Shown here: in pieces, positions 26,912 to 36,749 of the stretch | How the letters are laid out: every line of letters begins with the position of its first letter | How positions within the stretch are numbered: position 1 is the stretch's first letter | Assembly: GCA_963739175.1 (NCBI GenBank) | Contig: CAVTZH010000007.1 | Location: forward strand, 135,616-199,615 | Direction: 5' to 3' | Length of the DNA: 64,000 nucleotides | Source: an uncultured Alphaproteobacteria bacterium | Lineage (GTDB): Bacteria > Pseudomonadota > Alphaproteobacteria > Rhizobiales > Xanthobacteraceae | Made by a program: the position numbers and the translations under genes | The notes under the pieces: generated by a model | What the model was told of the DNA's origin: nothing | Database searches by the model: none | What the model saw: only the letters and a program-made list of their open reading frames with translations

Positions 26912-27310
26912 ATGGCATTGCCGGTCAGCTTCGATCATTGCGTGATCCACGTCTCCCAGTGGGAGCTCTCGAACGCGTTCTATCGGGACGTGCTCGGCGC
27001 CGAACTGGTGCGGCGTCCCAGCGGATGGGCCTACCGGTTTGGCAAGGTGCAGCTCAATTTGCATGGACCGGGCTTCACGCCGGCCGAGGTGGCGCGGCTG
27101 CCGGTGCAGCCGGGCAACAGCGATCTCTGCTTCGAATGGAATGGGCCGATCGGCGACGCCGTCACGCATCTCAACAACTGCAACGTCCCGATTCACGCCG
27201 GCCCGATCGAGCGCTTCGGAGCCAAAGGGTCGGGCACTAGCGTTTATTTCCGCGATCCCGACGGCTCGCTGCTCGAGTTCATCTCCTATCGGCCCAAAGG
27301 CGGAGGATAG
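26912..27310 (+). CDS. VOC-family (glyoxalase/bleomycin-resistance/dioxygenase fold) protein
   Basis: 132 aa. 'FDHCVIHVSQWELSNAFYRDVLGAELV' and 'SVYFRDPDGSLLEFISY' are typical paired beta-alpha-beta-beta-beta module motifs. Confidence 0.85.
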   Translation: MALPVSFDHCVIHVSQWELSNAFYRDVLGAELVRRPSGWAYRFGKVQLNLHGPGFTPAEVARLPVQPGNSDLCFEWNGPIGDAVTHLNNCNVPIHAGPIERFGAKGSGTSVYFRDPDGSLLEFISYRPKGGG

Positions 27311-27312
27311 TC

Positions 27313-27876
27313 ATGGCAATCCAGTACGATCCGACCGTGCTGCCGACGGAACTACCGGTACCGCAGGACGACGGTGCGACACGCCACCTCGCCGGGATGA
27401 AGCTGCCGTCGCTGCCGCTCACAGCCACCGATGGATCGTCGATTGATTTGTCGGCGTTGCGCGGCCGTACGGTGGTCTATGTCTATCCGCGCACCGGCCG
27501 TCCCAACCAAAATATGCCCGATGGCTGGGACGCCATCCCCGGCGCGCGCGGCTGCACGCCGCAATCGTGCTCGTTCCGCGACCACTTTGCCGAGCTCAAG
27601 CAGCTTGGCGTCGCCCGCGTGTTCGGATTGTCGACCCAGGACAGCGATTATCAGCGCGAGGCGGTCGAGCGGTTGCATCTGCCGTTCCCGGTGCTCTCCG
27701 ACGCCGATTTCAAGCTGACCAAGGCGCTCAACCTGCCGACCTTCATCGCCGCGGGCATGACCTTGCTCAAACGCATGGTGTTCGTGATCGACGATGGCGT
27801 GATGAGCAAGGTGTTCTATCCGGTGTTCCCGCCGGACAAGAGCGCCGAAGAGGTCGTCGCTTGGCTACGTGCGTGA
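27313..27876 (+). CDS. Peroxiredoxin (AhpC/TSA / Bcp-like thiol peroxidase)
   Basis: 187 aa. 'GRTVVYVYPRTG...GCTPQSCSFRDHFAELKQLGVARVFGLSTQD' (peroxidatic Cys context) and 'LPFPVLSDADFK'. Confidence 0.85.
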   Translation: MAIQYDPTVLPTELPVPQDDGATRHLAGMKLPSLPLTATDGSSIDLSALRGRTVVYVYPRTGRPNQNMPDGWDAIPGARGCTPQSCSFRDHFAELKQLGVARVFGLSTQDSDYQREAVERLHLPFPVLSDADFKLTKALNLPTFIAAGMTLLKRMVFVIDDGVMSKVFYPVFPPDKSAEEVVAWLRA

Positions 27877-28527
27877 GGCGTCCAGGTAGGAACGAACGGC
27901 CGCGAACACGGCACGGAACATCTCCGGCGTCAGCACGCCGGTATTGGTGTTGTAGCGCGAGCAGTGATAGCTGCTGAACAGCGCCATCGTCCCAACGTCG
28001 GCCTTGTTGCCATGCCCGAACGGCGCCGCCGAGCGCTTCATCCCGAGCGCGGTGACGGTGCTGTCATGGGCGATGCGGCCCAACGCAACAATGGCGCGCA
28101 GCTTCGGCATCTCGGCGATCGCGGCAGTGAGGAAGCTGCGGCAGGTCTTGATCTCGACGGTGGTCGGCTTGTTCTCGGGCGGCACGCAATGCACGGCATT
28201 GGCGATGCGCGCGTCGACGAGCTCCAGGCTGTCGTCGGCGCGCTCCTCATAGCTACCGCGGGCGAAGCCGTAGCTACTCAGCGTCTCGTAGAGCAGGTCG
28301 CCCGCGTAGTCGCCCGTGAACGGGCGCCCGGTGCGGTTGGCGCCCTGCATGCCGGGCGCCAGGCCGACGATCAGCAACCGCGCCGAGAGCTGCCCGAAGG
28401 CCGGCACCGGCGCGTTGAACCAGTCCGGATGGAGTTGCCGCAAATTCTGGCGGAACGTCTGCAGGCGAGGGCAGAGCGGGCAATCGCGAGCTGGCGTAGA
28501 TCCTGGCGTCGATAGTGCGCCGGGCAT
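27865..28527 (-). CDS. Uracil-DNA glycosylase superfamily protein (family 4/5-type, Fe-S Cys motif)
   Basis: 220 aa. 'CPLCPRL' N-terminal Cys cluster, 'LLIVGLAPGMQGANRTGRPFTGD', 'HCVPPENKPT', 'SSYHCSRYNTNTG'. Its 3' end overlaps the convergent peroxiredoxin gene by 12 nt. Confidence 0.85.
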   Translation of the reverse strand: MPGALSTPGSTPARDCPLCPRLQTFRQNLRQLHPDWFNAPVPAFGQLSARLLIVGLAPGMQGANRTGRPFTGDYAGDLLYETLSSYGFARGSYEERADDSLELVDARIANAVHCVPPENKPTTVEIKTCRSFLTAAIAEMPKLRAIVALGRIAHDSTVTALGMKRSAAPFGHGNKADVGTMALFSSYHCSRYNTNTGVLTPEMFRAVFAAVRSYLDASRT

Positions 28528-28551
28528 CGACGCCTCGCGTTTTGAAATGAA

Positions 28552-29298
28552 TTAGTCTTCGAAATCGTCGTCGTGGGCGCCGGCACCGGCGCGTTGCGGC
28601 GCGGGCGAGGTGCTGCGCTGCAGGAATTGCGGCGTGTGCGAGGAGGCGTGACGCGGCTCGCGCCCTTCGCGCGGCTCACGCGGCGCGCGCTCGGACGGAT
28701 CGCGTCCTATCTTGGGTTGCAGCTCGACGATGTCGAGGAAGACGTCGGCCTGCCGGCGCAGCTCATCGGCGACCATCGGCGGTTGGGTCGAGATCGTGGA
28801 CACCACCGTCACCCGCACGCCGCGCCGCTGCATCGCCTCGACTAGCGAGCGGAAATCGCCGTCACCGGAGAACAGCACCATGTGATCGATGTGGCCGGCG
28901 AGCTCCATGGCGTCGACCGCCAGCTCGATGTCCATATTGCCTTTGACCTTGCGGCGGCCGGTCTGATCCACGAATTCCTTCGTCGCCTTGGTCACGACCG
29001 TATAGCCGTTGTAGTCGAGCCAATCGATCAGCGGGCGGATCGAGGAATACTCCTGATCCTCGATCACCGCGGTGTAGTAGAACGCGCGCATGAGATAGCC
29101 GCGCGTGTGAAACTCGCGCAGCAGGCGCTTGTAGTCGATATCGAAACCCAGGGACTTGGCGGTGGCGTATAAATTGGCGCCGTCGATAAAGAGAGCAATC
29201 TTCTCGTTGCCCGAACCGATATTGTTTGAACCCATATTGTTCGAAACCATGCGTTCCGTTTGCGGGGCCATCTTGTCTCGCTTGTCAATCAAAACCAC
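28552..29298 (-). CDS. NYN-domain (LabA/DUF88-like) putative RNase
   Basis: 'KIALFIDGANLYATAKSLGFDIDYKRLL', 'NMDIELAVDAMELAGHIDHMVLFSGDGDFRSLVEAMQRRGVRVTVVST'. The start is uncertain (GTG 29298, ATG 29271 or ATG 29250). Confidence 0.85.
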   Translation of the reverse strand: MVLIDKRDKMAPQTERMVSNNMGSNNIGSGNEKIALFIDGANLYATAKSLGFDIDYKRLLREFHTRGYLMRAFYYTAVIEDQEYSSIRPLIDWLDYNGYTVVTKATKEFVDQTGRRKVKGNMDIELAVDAMELAGHIDHMVLFSGDGDFRSLVEAMQRRGVRVTVVSTISTQPPMVADELRRQADVFLDIVELQPKIGRDPSERAPREPREGREPRHASSHTPQFLQRSTSPAPQRAGAGAHDDDFED

Positions 29299-29611
29299 AG
29301 GAACCGATCCAACGTCCGGCTGCGGGCTTGCGGCCGGGCTCAGGGGTTAGATCGTCGTTAACGGGAACCGATGACCGCGTGCGGCGCAATCATCACCGCG
29401 CGCTGCTGTCACAACCCATACGGCCGCAGAATAATGAACCGCATGCCGGCACCCACGTTTTGCCTAACAGACGATGGCCCCGCTCGCCAAGGCAAAAGTA
29501 CTATCCTTTAGTTTAGTTCCGTTTCTTCCCAAGATTTGGCTTGCGCTCGACTTGCGGGGCGGATACCAAGCGACCATATTTTAAAGCAAGTTCCTTTGTA
29601 GGAGCAGCCAC

Positions 29612-30004
29612 ATGGCCCGCGTTACCGTTGAAGACTGCATCGACAAGGTTGAAAACCGGTTTGATCTCGTCTTGTTGGCGAGTCACCGGGCGCGCATGGT
29701 ATCGTCCGGCGCACCGATCACGGTCGAGCGCGATAACGACAAGAACCCGGTAGTGGCGCTGCGCGAAATTGCCGACATGACGGTCTCTCCCGACGACCTG
29801 CGCGAAGAGCTGGTTCACTCGCTGCAGAAGTATGTCGAGGTCGACGAGCCGGAGCCCTCGACCGTCCCGTTGATCGGGACCCCCGGCGCCACGGTCGATG
29901 CCGACGACACCGAGGTCACGACGGACCGCATGACCGAGGAAGAGCTGCTCAAGGGCCTCGAAGGGCTCGCCCCGCCCGAGGAGCAGCCCGAGGAAGAGGA
30001 ATAA
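29612..30004 (+). CDS. rpoZ: DNA-directed RNA polymerase subunit omega
   Basis: '[28 protein letters not shown]' is the canonical RpoZ N-terminus, followed by an acidic C-terminal tail. GGAG SD. Confidence 0.97.
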   Translation: MARVTVEDCIDKVENRFDLVLLASHRARMVSSGAPITVERDNDKNPVVALREIADMTVSPDDLREELVHSLQKYVEVDEPEPSTVPLIGTPGATVDADDTEVTTDRMTEEELLKGLEGLAPPEEQPEEEE

Positions 30005-30180
30005 GCCTCCTCGGTTAGCTTGCGGATATCGAGATGCCGGCCCGGACCCTGGTTCGGGCCGTTGCTATTTGCCGGGGGTTGCAATCATTTTGGCAAACCA
30101 TGCCGATATCGGCTTGTGGCGTAGCGGAATCACGATGATATCTTAAGGGCTGTGAGGCCAGTGATTGGCCCGAGACAGCC

Positions 30181-32520
30181 ATGCCCCGCTCCTCGACCGA
30201 TCTGCCGCGTATGCAAAACCAGGCCCGGACCCGGGCCCCGATCGAGCGTGGCCGCAAGATCGCCCCGCAAGCCATTGAAAGTGCATCCAAACCCAAGCGG
30301 TCGTCGCGCGCGCAGATGATGCGGCAGTACGACCTGATCGATCGGGTGCGCCGCTACAATCCCAATACCAACGAGCCGCTGCTCAACCGCGCCTATGTCT
30401 ACGCCATGAAGGCCCATGGCGAGCAGAAGCGGGCCTCCGGCGACCCGTACTTCTCCCATCCGCTCGAGGTCGCGGCGATCCTCACCGACCTCAAGCTCGA
30501 CGATGCGACCATCGCCGCGGCGCTGCTGCACGACACCATCGAGGACACCCACGCCACCCGCGCCGAGATCGACCAGCTGTTCGGCGAGGACATCGGCGGT
30601 CTGGTCGAAGGCCTGACCAAGCTCGCCAAGCTCGACCTCGTCACCAAGGAGGCGAAGCAGGCCGAGAATCTGCGCAAGCTGCTGCTCGCGATCGCCGACG
30701 ACGTGCGCGTGCTGCTGGTCAAGCTCGCCGATCGTCTGCACAACATGCGCACCATCGGCCACATGCCGCCGGAGGCGCGGCGCCGCACCGCCGAGGAGAC
30801 GATCGACATCTATGCACCGCTCGCCGGCCGCATGGGCATGCATGAGCTGCGCGAGGAGCTCGAGGATCTAGCGTTCCGCGAGCTCAATCCCGACGCCTAT
30901 GCGGTGGTGAGCGAGCGCCTGGACGCGTTGGAAGAGCGCAACGTCGGGCTGATCGCGGAGATCGAGCAGCAGTTGACGCGCAAGCTCGGCGACCGCGGCA
31001 TCGTCGCGGAGGTCAAGGGACGCCGCAAGCGCGCCTATTCGATCTGGCGCAAGATGGAGCGCAAGTCGGTCGGCTTCGAGCAGCTGTCCGACATCGTCGG
31101 CTTCCGCGTCGTCGTGAAGACCATCGCCGAGTGCTACCAGGCGCTCGGCATCGTCCATACCACCTGGCCGATGGTGCCGGCCCGGTTCAAGGACTACGTC
31201 TCGACCCCGAAACAGAACGACTACCGCTCGATCCACACCACCGTGATCGGGCCCGGCAAGCAGCGCGTCGAGCTGCAGATCCGCACCGCCGATATGGACG
31301 ATATCGCCGAATACGGCATCGCCGCGCACGCGCTCTACAAGGACGGCGCCGGCTCGCCGACCGAGATGCTGTCGCGGGAATTGAGCGCCTATGCCTGGCT
31401 GCGGCGGACCATCGAGCTGCTCGCGGAGGGCTCCAACTCGGAAGAGTTCCTCGAGCACACCAAGCTCGAGCTGTTCCACGATCAGGTGTTCTGCTTCACG
31501 CCCAAGGGCAAGCTGATCGCGCTGCCGCGCTCGGCCAATGTCATCGACTTCGCCTATGCGGTGCACACCGACGTCGGCAACACCGCGGTCGGCGCCAAGA
31601 TCAACGGCAAGATCGCGCCGCTGGTCTCGGAGCTCGCCAACGGCGACGAGGTCGAGATCATCACCTCGAAGGCGCAGACCGCGCCGCCGGCGGCGTGGGA
31701 ATCGCTGGTCAAGACCGGCAAGGCGCGCGCCGCCATCCGGCGTGCAACCCGCGTCGCGGTGCGTGCGCAATATGCCGGATTTGGGCGCCTCTCGGTCGAG
31801 CGGCTGTGCCAGCGCGCCAAGATCGCCTATTCCGACGAGAAACTGCAGGGCGCGCTGCCCCGGCTGGCGCGGGCGTCGCTCGACGAGGTGTTCTCGGCCG
31901 TCGGCCGCGGCGAGATGCGGGCCTCCGATGTCGCGCGCGCCATGTATCCCGACTACAAGGAAGAACGCGCGGCCGCCATCAAGCAGCAGACCAAGCTCGG
32001 CAGCGGCTGGTTCGGCTTCCGGCGCGCCAAGGGCGTCAAGTATCAGGCGCCGGGCGGCAACGAGCAGGGCGCGATCCCGATCCGTGGCGTCAGCGGCGAC
32101 CTGCCAGTGCGCTTCGCGCCCAACGGCGGCGCCGTACCGGGCGACCGCATCGTCGGCATCCTGACGCCGGGCGAGGGGATCACCGTCTATCCGATCCAGT
32201 CGCCGTCGCTGAAGGATTTCGAGGACGCGCCGGAGAGCTGGATCGACCTGCGCTGGGACATCGACGAGCGCGCGCCGCAGCGCTTCCCCGCGCGCATCCA
32301 TATCAAGACCGTCAACGAGCCCGGCAGCCTGGCGCAGGTCGCGCAGGTGATCGCCGAGCACGACGGCAACATCGACAACATCCGCATGGAGCGCCCCGCG
32401 CCCGACTTCACCTCGGTGACCATCGATCTCGAAGTCTATGACCTCAAGCACCTGACCTCGATCATCGCGCAGTTGCGCGCCAAGTCCGTAGTCGCGGCCG
32501 CCGAGCGGGTGAACGCGTGA
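30181..32520 (+). CDS. rel: Bifunctional (p)ppGpp synthetase/hydrolase (RelA/SpoT homologue, Rsh)
   Basis: HD domain ('HGEQKRASGDPYFSHPLEVA', 'LLHDTIEDT'), synthetase domain ('YSIWRKM', 'DIVGFRVV', 'DYRSIHTTV'), TGS ('VFCFTPKG') and a C-terminal ACT. An alternative start is the ATG at 30316 (MMRQYDL). Confidence 0.95.
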   Translation: MPRSSTDLPRMQNQARTRAPIERGRKIAPQAIESASKPKRSSRAQMMRQYDLIDRVRRYNPNTNEPLLNRAYVYAMKAHGEQKRASGDPYFSHPLEVAAILTDLKLDDATIAAALLHDTIEDTHATRAEIDQLFGEDIGGLVEGLTKLAKLDLVTKEAKQAENLRKLLLAIADDVRVLLVKLADRLHNMRTIGHMPPEARRRTAEETIDIYAPLAGRMGMHELREELEDLAFRELNPDAYAVVSERLDALEERNVGLIAEIEQQLTRKLGDRGIVAEVKGRRKRAYSIWRKMERKSVGFEQLSDIVGFRVVVKTIAECYQALGIVHTTWPMVPARFKDYVSTPKQNDYRSIHTTVIGPGKQRVELQIRTADMDDIAEYGIAAHALYKDGAGSPTEMLSRELSAYAWLRRTIELLAEGSNSEEFLEHTKLELFHDQVFCFTPKGKLIALPRSANVIDFAYAVHTDVGNTAVGAKINGKIAPLVSELANGDEVEIITSKAQTAPPAAWESLVKTGKARAAIRRATRVAVRAQYAGFGRLSVERLCQRAKIAYSDEKLQGALPRLARASLDEVFSAVGRGEMRASDVARAMYPDYKEERAAAIKQQTKLGSGWFGFRRAKGVKYQAPGGNEQGAIPIRGVSGDLPVRFAPNGGAVPGDRIVGILTPGEGITVYPIQSPSLKDFEDAPESWIDLRWDIDERAPQRFPARIHIKTVNEPGSLAQVAQVIAEHDGNIDNIRMERPAPDFTSVTIDLEVYDLKHLTSIIAQLRAKSVVAAAERVNA

Positions 32521-32629
32521 ACGTCACTTGAAAGTCACTTGCCAGGGAGGCAGGTGAGCGCCATCTCACGGGATATGCCAACGAATTGGAATTGTTCGTT
32601 CGGTTTACCGAATAGGTCGAGGAATTCCC

Positions 32630-32866
32630 ATGTCAGACTGTCTTCACTGCGATATCAACGAGCTGGTCACGAAGTATGCCGAGCGGCCCGATAGCGACGC
32701 ATCCGAGCTGGCCGCGCGCATGGCGGAAAGCCTCGTCGACCTGATCCTGATGGCACCGGAAACCGATCGCGCGACGCTCTTGGCCGACGTCATTGCGGTG
32801 CTCGGGCAATTGTACCTGGAGAAAAGCGGCGTGGTTGAGCCCGGTGAATCCACGGCTAGGCACTAG
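32630..32866 (+). CDS. Small acidic hypothetical protein with N-terminal C-x2-C
   Basis: 78 aa with a GAGGAA SD 6 nt upstream and strong GC3 codon bias. There is no recognisable family. The antisense ORFs at the same locus lack that bias. Confidence 0.55.
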   Translation: MSDCLHCDINELVTKYAERPDSDASELAARMAESLVDLILMAPETDRATLLADVIAVLGQLYLEKSGVVEPGESTARH

Positions 32867-32895
32867 ACGCATCAGCGTTTGACGAGCTCAACACA

Positions 32896-33657
32896 ATGTC
32901 GTCGCCGCCCCATCTGCGCCTTGGCGTGAACATCGACCACGTTGCGACCGTCCGCAACGCGCGCGGCGGGGCGCATCCCGATCCCGTGCAGGCGGCGAAG
33001 CTGGCGATCGAGGCCGGTGCCGACGGGATCACCGCGCATCTGCGCGAGGATCGCCGCCACATCCGTGACGACGACATCGCGCGCCTGAAGGCGGAGATTG
33101 CCAAGCCGCTCAACCTTGAAATGGCGGCGACCGACGAGATGGTCGCGATCGCGATCAAGACGCGGCCGCATGCCGCCTGCATCGTTCCCGAACGACGCCA
33201 GGAGGTCACCACCGAGGGCGGACTCGATGCCGTTGGGCAGCACAATTTGCTGGCGCCGGTTATTGCGAAGCTCGTCGGCGCCGGCATCCGCGTGTCGCTG
33301 TTTATTGCCGCCGACCCCGGTCAGATCGAGATGGCGGCGCGGCTGCGCTCTCCGGTGATCGAGATTCACACCGGCGCCTGGTGCGATGCGCTCGCCGAAG
33401 GACGCGCCACCGCGGCCCAGGCGGAGTGGCAGCGCATCCAGGACGGCGCTCGTCTTGCACGCAGCCTCGGTCTTGAAGTGCATGCCGGACACGGCCTCAA
33501 CTACGCGACCGCGGAAGCGATCGCGGCGCTCGGCGAAATCGTCGAGTTGAACATCGGCCATTTCCTGGTCGGGGAGGCGATCGCGACCGGTTTGCCGCAA
33601 GCGGTGCGATCGATGCGCGCCGCCATGGACCGCGGACGGGCGAAGGTGGCGCAATGA
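32896..33657 (+). CDS. pdxJ: Pyridoxine 5'-phosphate synthase
   Basis: '[17 protein letters not shown]', '[14 protein letters not shown]', 'LNLEMA', 'VSLFI', 'IEIHTG', 'HAGHGL', 'ELNIGH'. Confidence 0.96.
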   Translation: MSSPPHLRLGVNIDHVATVRNARGGAHPDPVQAAKLAIEAGADGITAHLREDRRHIRDDDIARLKAEIAKPLNLEMAATDEMVAIAIKTRPHAACIVPERRQEVTTEGGLDAVGQHNLLAPVIAKLVGAGIRVSLFIAADPGQIEMAARLRSPVIEIHTGAWCDALAEGRATAAQAEWQRIQDGARLARSLGLEVHAGHGLNYATAEAIAALGEIVELNIGHFLVGEAIATGLPQAVRSMRAAMDRGRAKVAQ

Positions 33658-34058
33658 TTTTGGGCGTCGGTTCCGATCTCGTGGACGTGCGCCGGATCGA
33701 GCGCGTCATCGCCCGCCACGGCGATCGTTTCATCCTGCGCATCTTTACCGAGACCGAGCGCGCCAAGGCGGATCGGCGGGCCACGCGGATCGAGACCTAT
33801 GCCAAGCGCTTTGCCGCCAAGGAGGCTTGCGCCAAGGCGCTCGGCACCGGCTTTCGCCGCGGTGTGTTCTGGCGCGACCTCGGTGTCGTCAACCTGCCGT
33901 CCGGGCGGCCGACCATGCAACTCACCGGCGGTGCCCTGGAGCGGCTGCGCGCCATCACGCCGCCCGATCACGAAGCGAGAATCGACCTTACCATTACCGA
34001 CGAAGGTCCGATGGCGCAGGCGCTGGTGATCATCTCCGCTGTACCTAAACCCACCTGA
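33654..34058 (+). CDS. acpS: Holo-[acyl-carrier-protein] synthase
   Basis: '[15 protein letters not shown]', '[14 protein letters not shown]', 'ITDE'. The start overlaps the pdxJ stop (ATGA). Confidence 0.95.
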   Translation: MILGVGSDLVDVRRIERVIARHGDRFILRIFTETERAKADRRATRIETYAKRFAAKEACAKALGTGFRRGVFWRDLGVVNLPSGRPTMQLTGGALERLRAITPPDHEARIDLTITDEGPMAQALVIISAVPKPT

Positions 34059-34269
34059 AATCGGTCCTGACAGTCGTTACAGTGAACCGCGTTGCGAGCC
34101 GTTTGGCAGCATCGCGAACCGCGTCGGAAACCGCCGTAAAAGGCTGAAATATAACGGTAAAATACCGGCCACAAGATGGTGATCGAATTTCACAAGCCTT
34201 GATTGCGCCCCGGCTGACCAGCAGATAGAAGATTCCGGCGGGCACGCGAGCCAGGAAAAGAGAAAGAGA

Positions 34270-35022
34270 ATGAGTGTGACGACAGGCGCAAAGCGGAAGG
34301 AAGGCGGCCTCGCCGAGACGGTGCGCGTGATCTTTCACGCTCTCATCATCGCGCTCATCATCCGCACCTTTCTGTTCCAGCCGTTCAACATTCCCTCCGG
34401 ATCGATGAAGGAGACGCTGCTGGTCGGCGACTACCTGTTCGTCTCGAAATATACCTACGGCTATAGCCGCTATTCGATTCCGTTCTCGCCGCCGCTGTTT
34501 TCCGGGCGCATCTGGTCGGGCGACCCGGTGCGCGGCGACATCGTGGTGTTCCGCCTGCCGAAGGACGACACCACCGACTACATCAAGCGCGTGATCGGGC
34601 TCCCCGGCGATCGCGTCCAGATGATCGATGGCGTGCTTCACATCAATGGCGAGCCGGTCAAGCGCGAGCGCATCGAGGATTTCATCGAGAACGAAGGTGG
34701 GCGCACCGAGCGCGTCAAGCGCTGGCGCGAGACGTTGCCGAACGGCGTGAGCTACACGACGCTCGACCTTCTCGATAACGGCTTCCACGACAACACCCAG
34801 GTGTTCGAAGTGCCCGCGGGTCACTACTTCATGATGGGCGACAACCGCGACAACTCCACCGACAGCCGCGTGCTCAGCCAAGTCGGCTATGTTCCGCTCC
34901 AGAACGTCGTCGGCAAGGCGCAGATCATCTTCTTCTCGATCCACGAAGGCGAGCGCGCCTGGGAGCTGTGGCGCTGGCCTTGGTCGGTGCGTTGGGGCCG
35001 GCTGTTCTCGATCGTGCGATGA
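34270..35022 (+). CDS. lepB: Signal peptidase I
   Basis: 'FNIPSGSMKETLLVGDYLFVSK' (catalytic Ser), 'GDIVVFR', 'YIKRVIGLPGD' (catalytic Lys), 'YFMMGDNRDNSTDSR'. Confidence 0.95.
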   Translation: MSVTTGAKRKEGGLAETVRVIFHALIIALIIRTFLFQPFNIPSGSMKETLLVGDYLFVSKYTYGYSRYSIPFSPPLFSGRIWSGDPVRGDIVVFRLPKDDTTDYIKRVIGLPGDRVQMIDGVLHINGEPVKRERIEDFIENEGGRTERVKRWRETLPNGVSYTTLDLLDNGFHDNTQVFEVPAGHYFMMGDNRDNSTDSRVLSQVGYVPLQNVVGKAQIIFFSIHEGERAWELWRWPWSVRWGRLFSIVR

Positions 35023-35846
35023 GCCCCAAGCGAAAAAGCACTCGCGCCGCGAATTCCTCGCCAGCATCCGACTCGTCCGCAGCAAAGTTGATTGATGGAG
35101 CCGCCCGGCCGAACCCCGAGGCGAAGCCGGTGCGCCGCCGGCGCAAGAAGACGCCGCCCGGCTTCGAGGATCGCATCGCCTACAAATTCAAGGATGCCGC
35201 GCTGCTCGAGCAGGCGCTGACGCATATTTCCGCGCTGACCGGACAACGCAATCGCGCCGGCAGCTATCAGCGGCTCGAATTCCTCGGCGACCATGTGCTG
35301 GGCCTTGTCATCTCCGACATGCTGTTCGGCGCGTTTCCGAAGGCGGACGAAGGCGAACTGTCGCGCCGGCTGGCCGACCTCGTCCGCAAGGAGGCCTGTG
35401 CCGACGTGGCGCGCGCGATCGATCTCGGCGAGGCGATCCGGCTCGGCGCATCGGAGAACAACGCCGGCGGCCGCAACCGCACCGCGATCCTGGCCGATGT
35501 CTGCGAGGCGCTGATCGGCGCGGTGTTCATCGACGGCGGTTACAAGGCGGCATCCGAGGTGATCGGGCGGCTATGGGAGCAGCGCATGCGGGCGCCGGCG
35601 CGGCCGCTGCGCGATTCCAAGACCATCCTGCAGGAATGGGCGCAGGCGCGCGGCCTGCCCACTCCCAACTATCGCGAGGTCGAGCGCAAAGGCCCCGACC
35701 ACAACCCCGAATTCCGCGTCACGGTGGAATTGCCGAACTGTGCGCCGGCCGAAGGCCTCGGCCGCTCCAAGCGCGCGGCCGAGCAGGCGGCGGCGGCGGC
35801 GATGCTCACGCGCGAAGGCGTCAAGGCGGACCGCCTCGATGGCTGA
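35019..35846 (+). CDS. rnc: Ribonuclease III
   Basis: 'LLEQALTHIS', 'YQRLEFLGDHVLGLVISD' (RNase III signature), 'ADVCEALIGAVFIDGG', and a dsRBD ('KTILQEWAQARGLPTPNY...GPDHNPEF...GRSKRAAEQAAA'). The ATG at 35019 overlaps the lepB stop (ATGA). It has a basic N-terminal extension. Confidence 0.95.
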   Translation: MSPKRKSTRAANSSPASDSSAAKLIDGAARPNPEAKPVRRRRKKTPPGFEDRIAYKFKDAALLEQALTHISALTGQRNRAGSYQRLEFLGDHVLGLVISDMLFGAFPKADEGELSRRLADLVRKEACADVARAIDLGEAIRLGASENNAGGRNRTAILADVCEALIGAVFIDGGYKAASEVIGRLWEQRMRAPARPLRDSKTILQEWAQARGLPTPNYREVERKGPDHNPEFRVTVELPNCAPAEGLGRSKRAAEQAAAAAMLTREGVKADRLDG

Positions 35847-36744
35847 GCCGCTCACGCGCTGCGGCTTCATCGCGGTCATCGGCGCGCCCAATGTCGGCAA
35901 GTCGACGCTGGTCAATGCGCTGGTCGGCACCAAGGTCGCGATCGTCTCGCACAAGGTGCAGACCACGCGGGCGCCGGTGCGCGGGATCGCGATGGAGGGC
36001 GGCGCGCAGCTCATCTTCATCGACACGCCCGGCATCTTCGCGCCGAAGCGGAGGCTCGAACGCGCCATGGTCAGCACCGCCTGGGCCGGCGCGCATGATG
36101 CCGACATCGTCTGCCTGCTGTTGGATGCCCGGCGCGGGATCGACGAGGAGACCGGCACCATCGTCGAACGGCTGGCCGAGATCGGGCGACCGCGCGTGGC
36201 GATCCTCAACAAGATCGATCTCGTGGAGAAGCCGGCGCTGCTGACGCTGGCGAAGGACCTGAACGCGCGGCTCCCGTTGGAGGCGACCTTCATGACCTCG
36301 GCGCTCACCGGCGACGGCGTCGCCGACCTCAGGCGCTGGCTCGCGGCGCGCGTCCCGGAAGGGCCATGGCACTATCCGGAGGACCAGGTCAGCGATGCGC
36401 CGATGCGCGTACTGGCGGCCGAGATCACCCGCGAGAAGCTTTACGCGCGCCTGCATCAGGAGCTGCCCTACCAGTCGACGGTGGAAACCGATATCTGGAA
36501 GGAGCTGCGCGACGGCGCGGTGCGCATCGAGCAGACGATCTATGTGGAGCGCGACAGCCAGCGCAAGATCGTGCTCGGCAAGGGCGGTGCGACCATCAAG
36601 GCGATCGGCGCCGACGCGCGGCGCGAGATCGCCGTCGCGCTCGAGCGGCCGGTGCATCTGTTTCTGTTCGTGAAGGTGCGCGAGGGCTGGAGCGACGATC
36701 CCGAACGGTATCGCGAGATGGGGCTGGAGTTTCCCAAGGAGTGA
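35839..36744 (+). CDS. era: GTPase Era
   Basis: 'CGFIAVIGAPNVGKSTL' (G1), 'FIDTPG' (G3), 'NKIDL' (G4), and a KH domain 'VERDSQRKIVLGKGGATIKAIG'. It overlaps the rnc end by 8 nt. Confidence 0.96.
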   Translation: MAEPLTRCGFIAVIGAPNVGKSTLVNALVGTKVAIVSHKVQTTRAPVRGIAMEGGAQLIFIDTPGIFAPKRRLERAMVSTAWAGAHDADIVCLLLDARRGIDEETGTIVERLAEIGRPRVAILNKIDLVEKPALLTLAKDLNARLPLEATFMTSALTGDGVADLRRWLAARVPEGPWHYPEDQVSDAPMRVLAAEITREKLYARLHQELPYQSTVETDIWKELRDGAVRIEQTIYVERDSQRKIVLGKGGATIKAIGADARREIAVALERPVHLFLFVKVREGWSDDPERYREMGLEFPKE

Positions 36745-36749
36745 TCGCC

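Noticed and set aside
30868-32451. 527-aa ORF antisense to rel/spoT, and the 436-aa alternative-frame ORF 31131-32441
   Set aside because: These are shadow frames of a high-GC gene. Only the 30181-32520 frame shows the HD, synthetase, TGS and ACT motifs.
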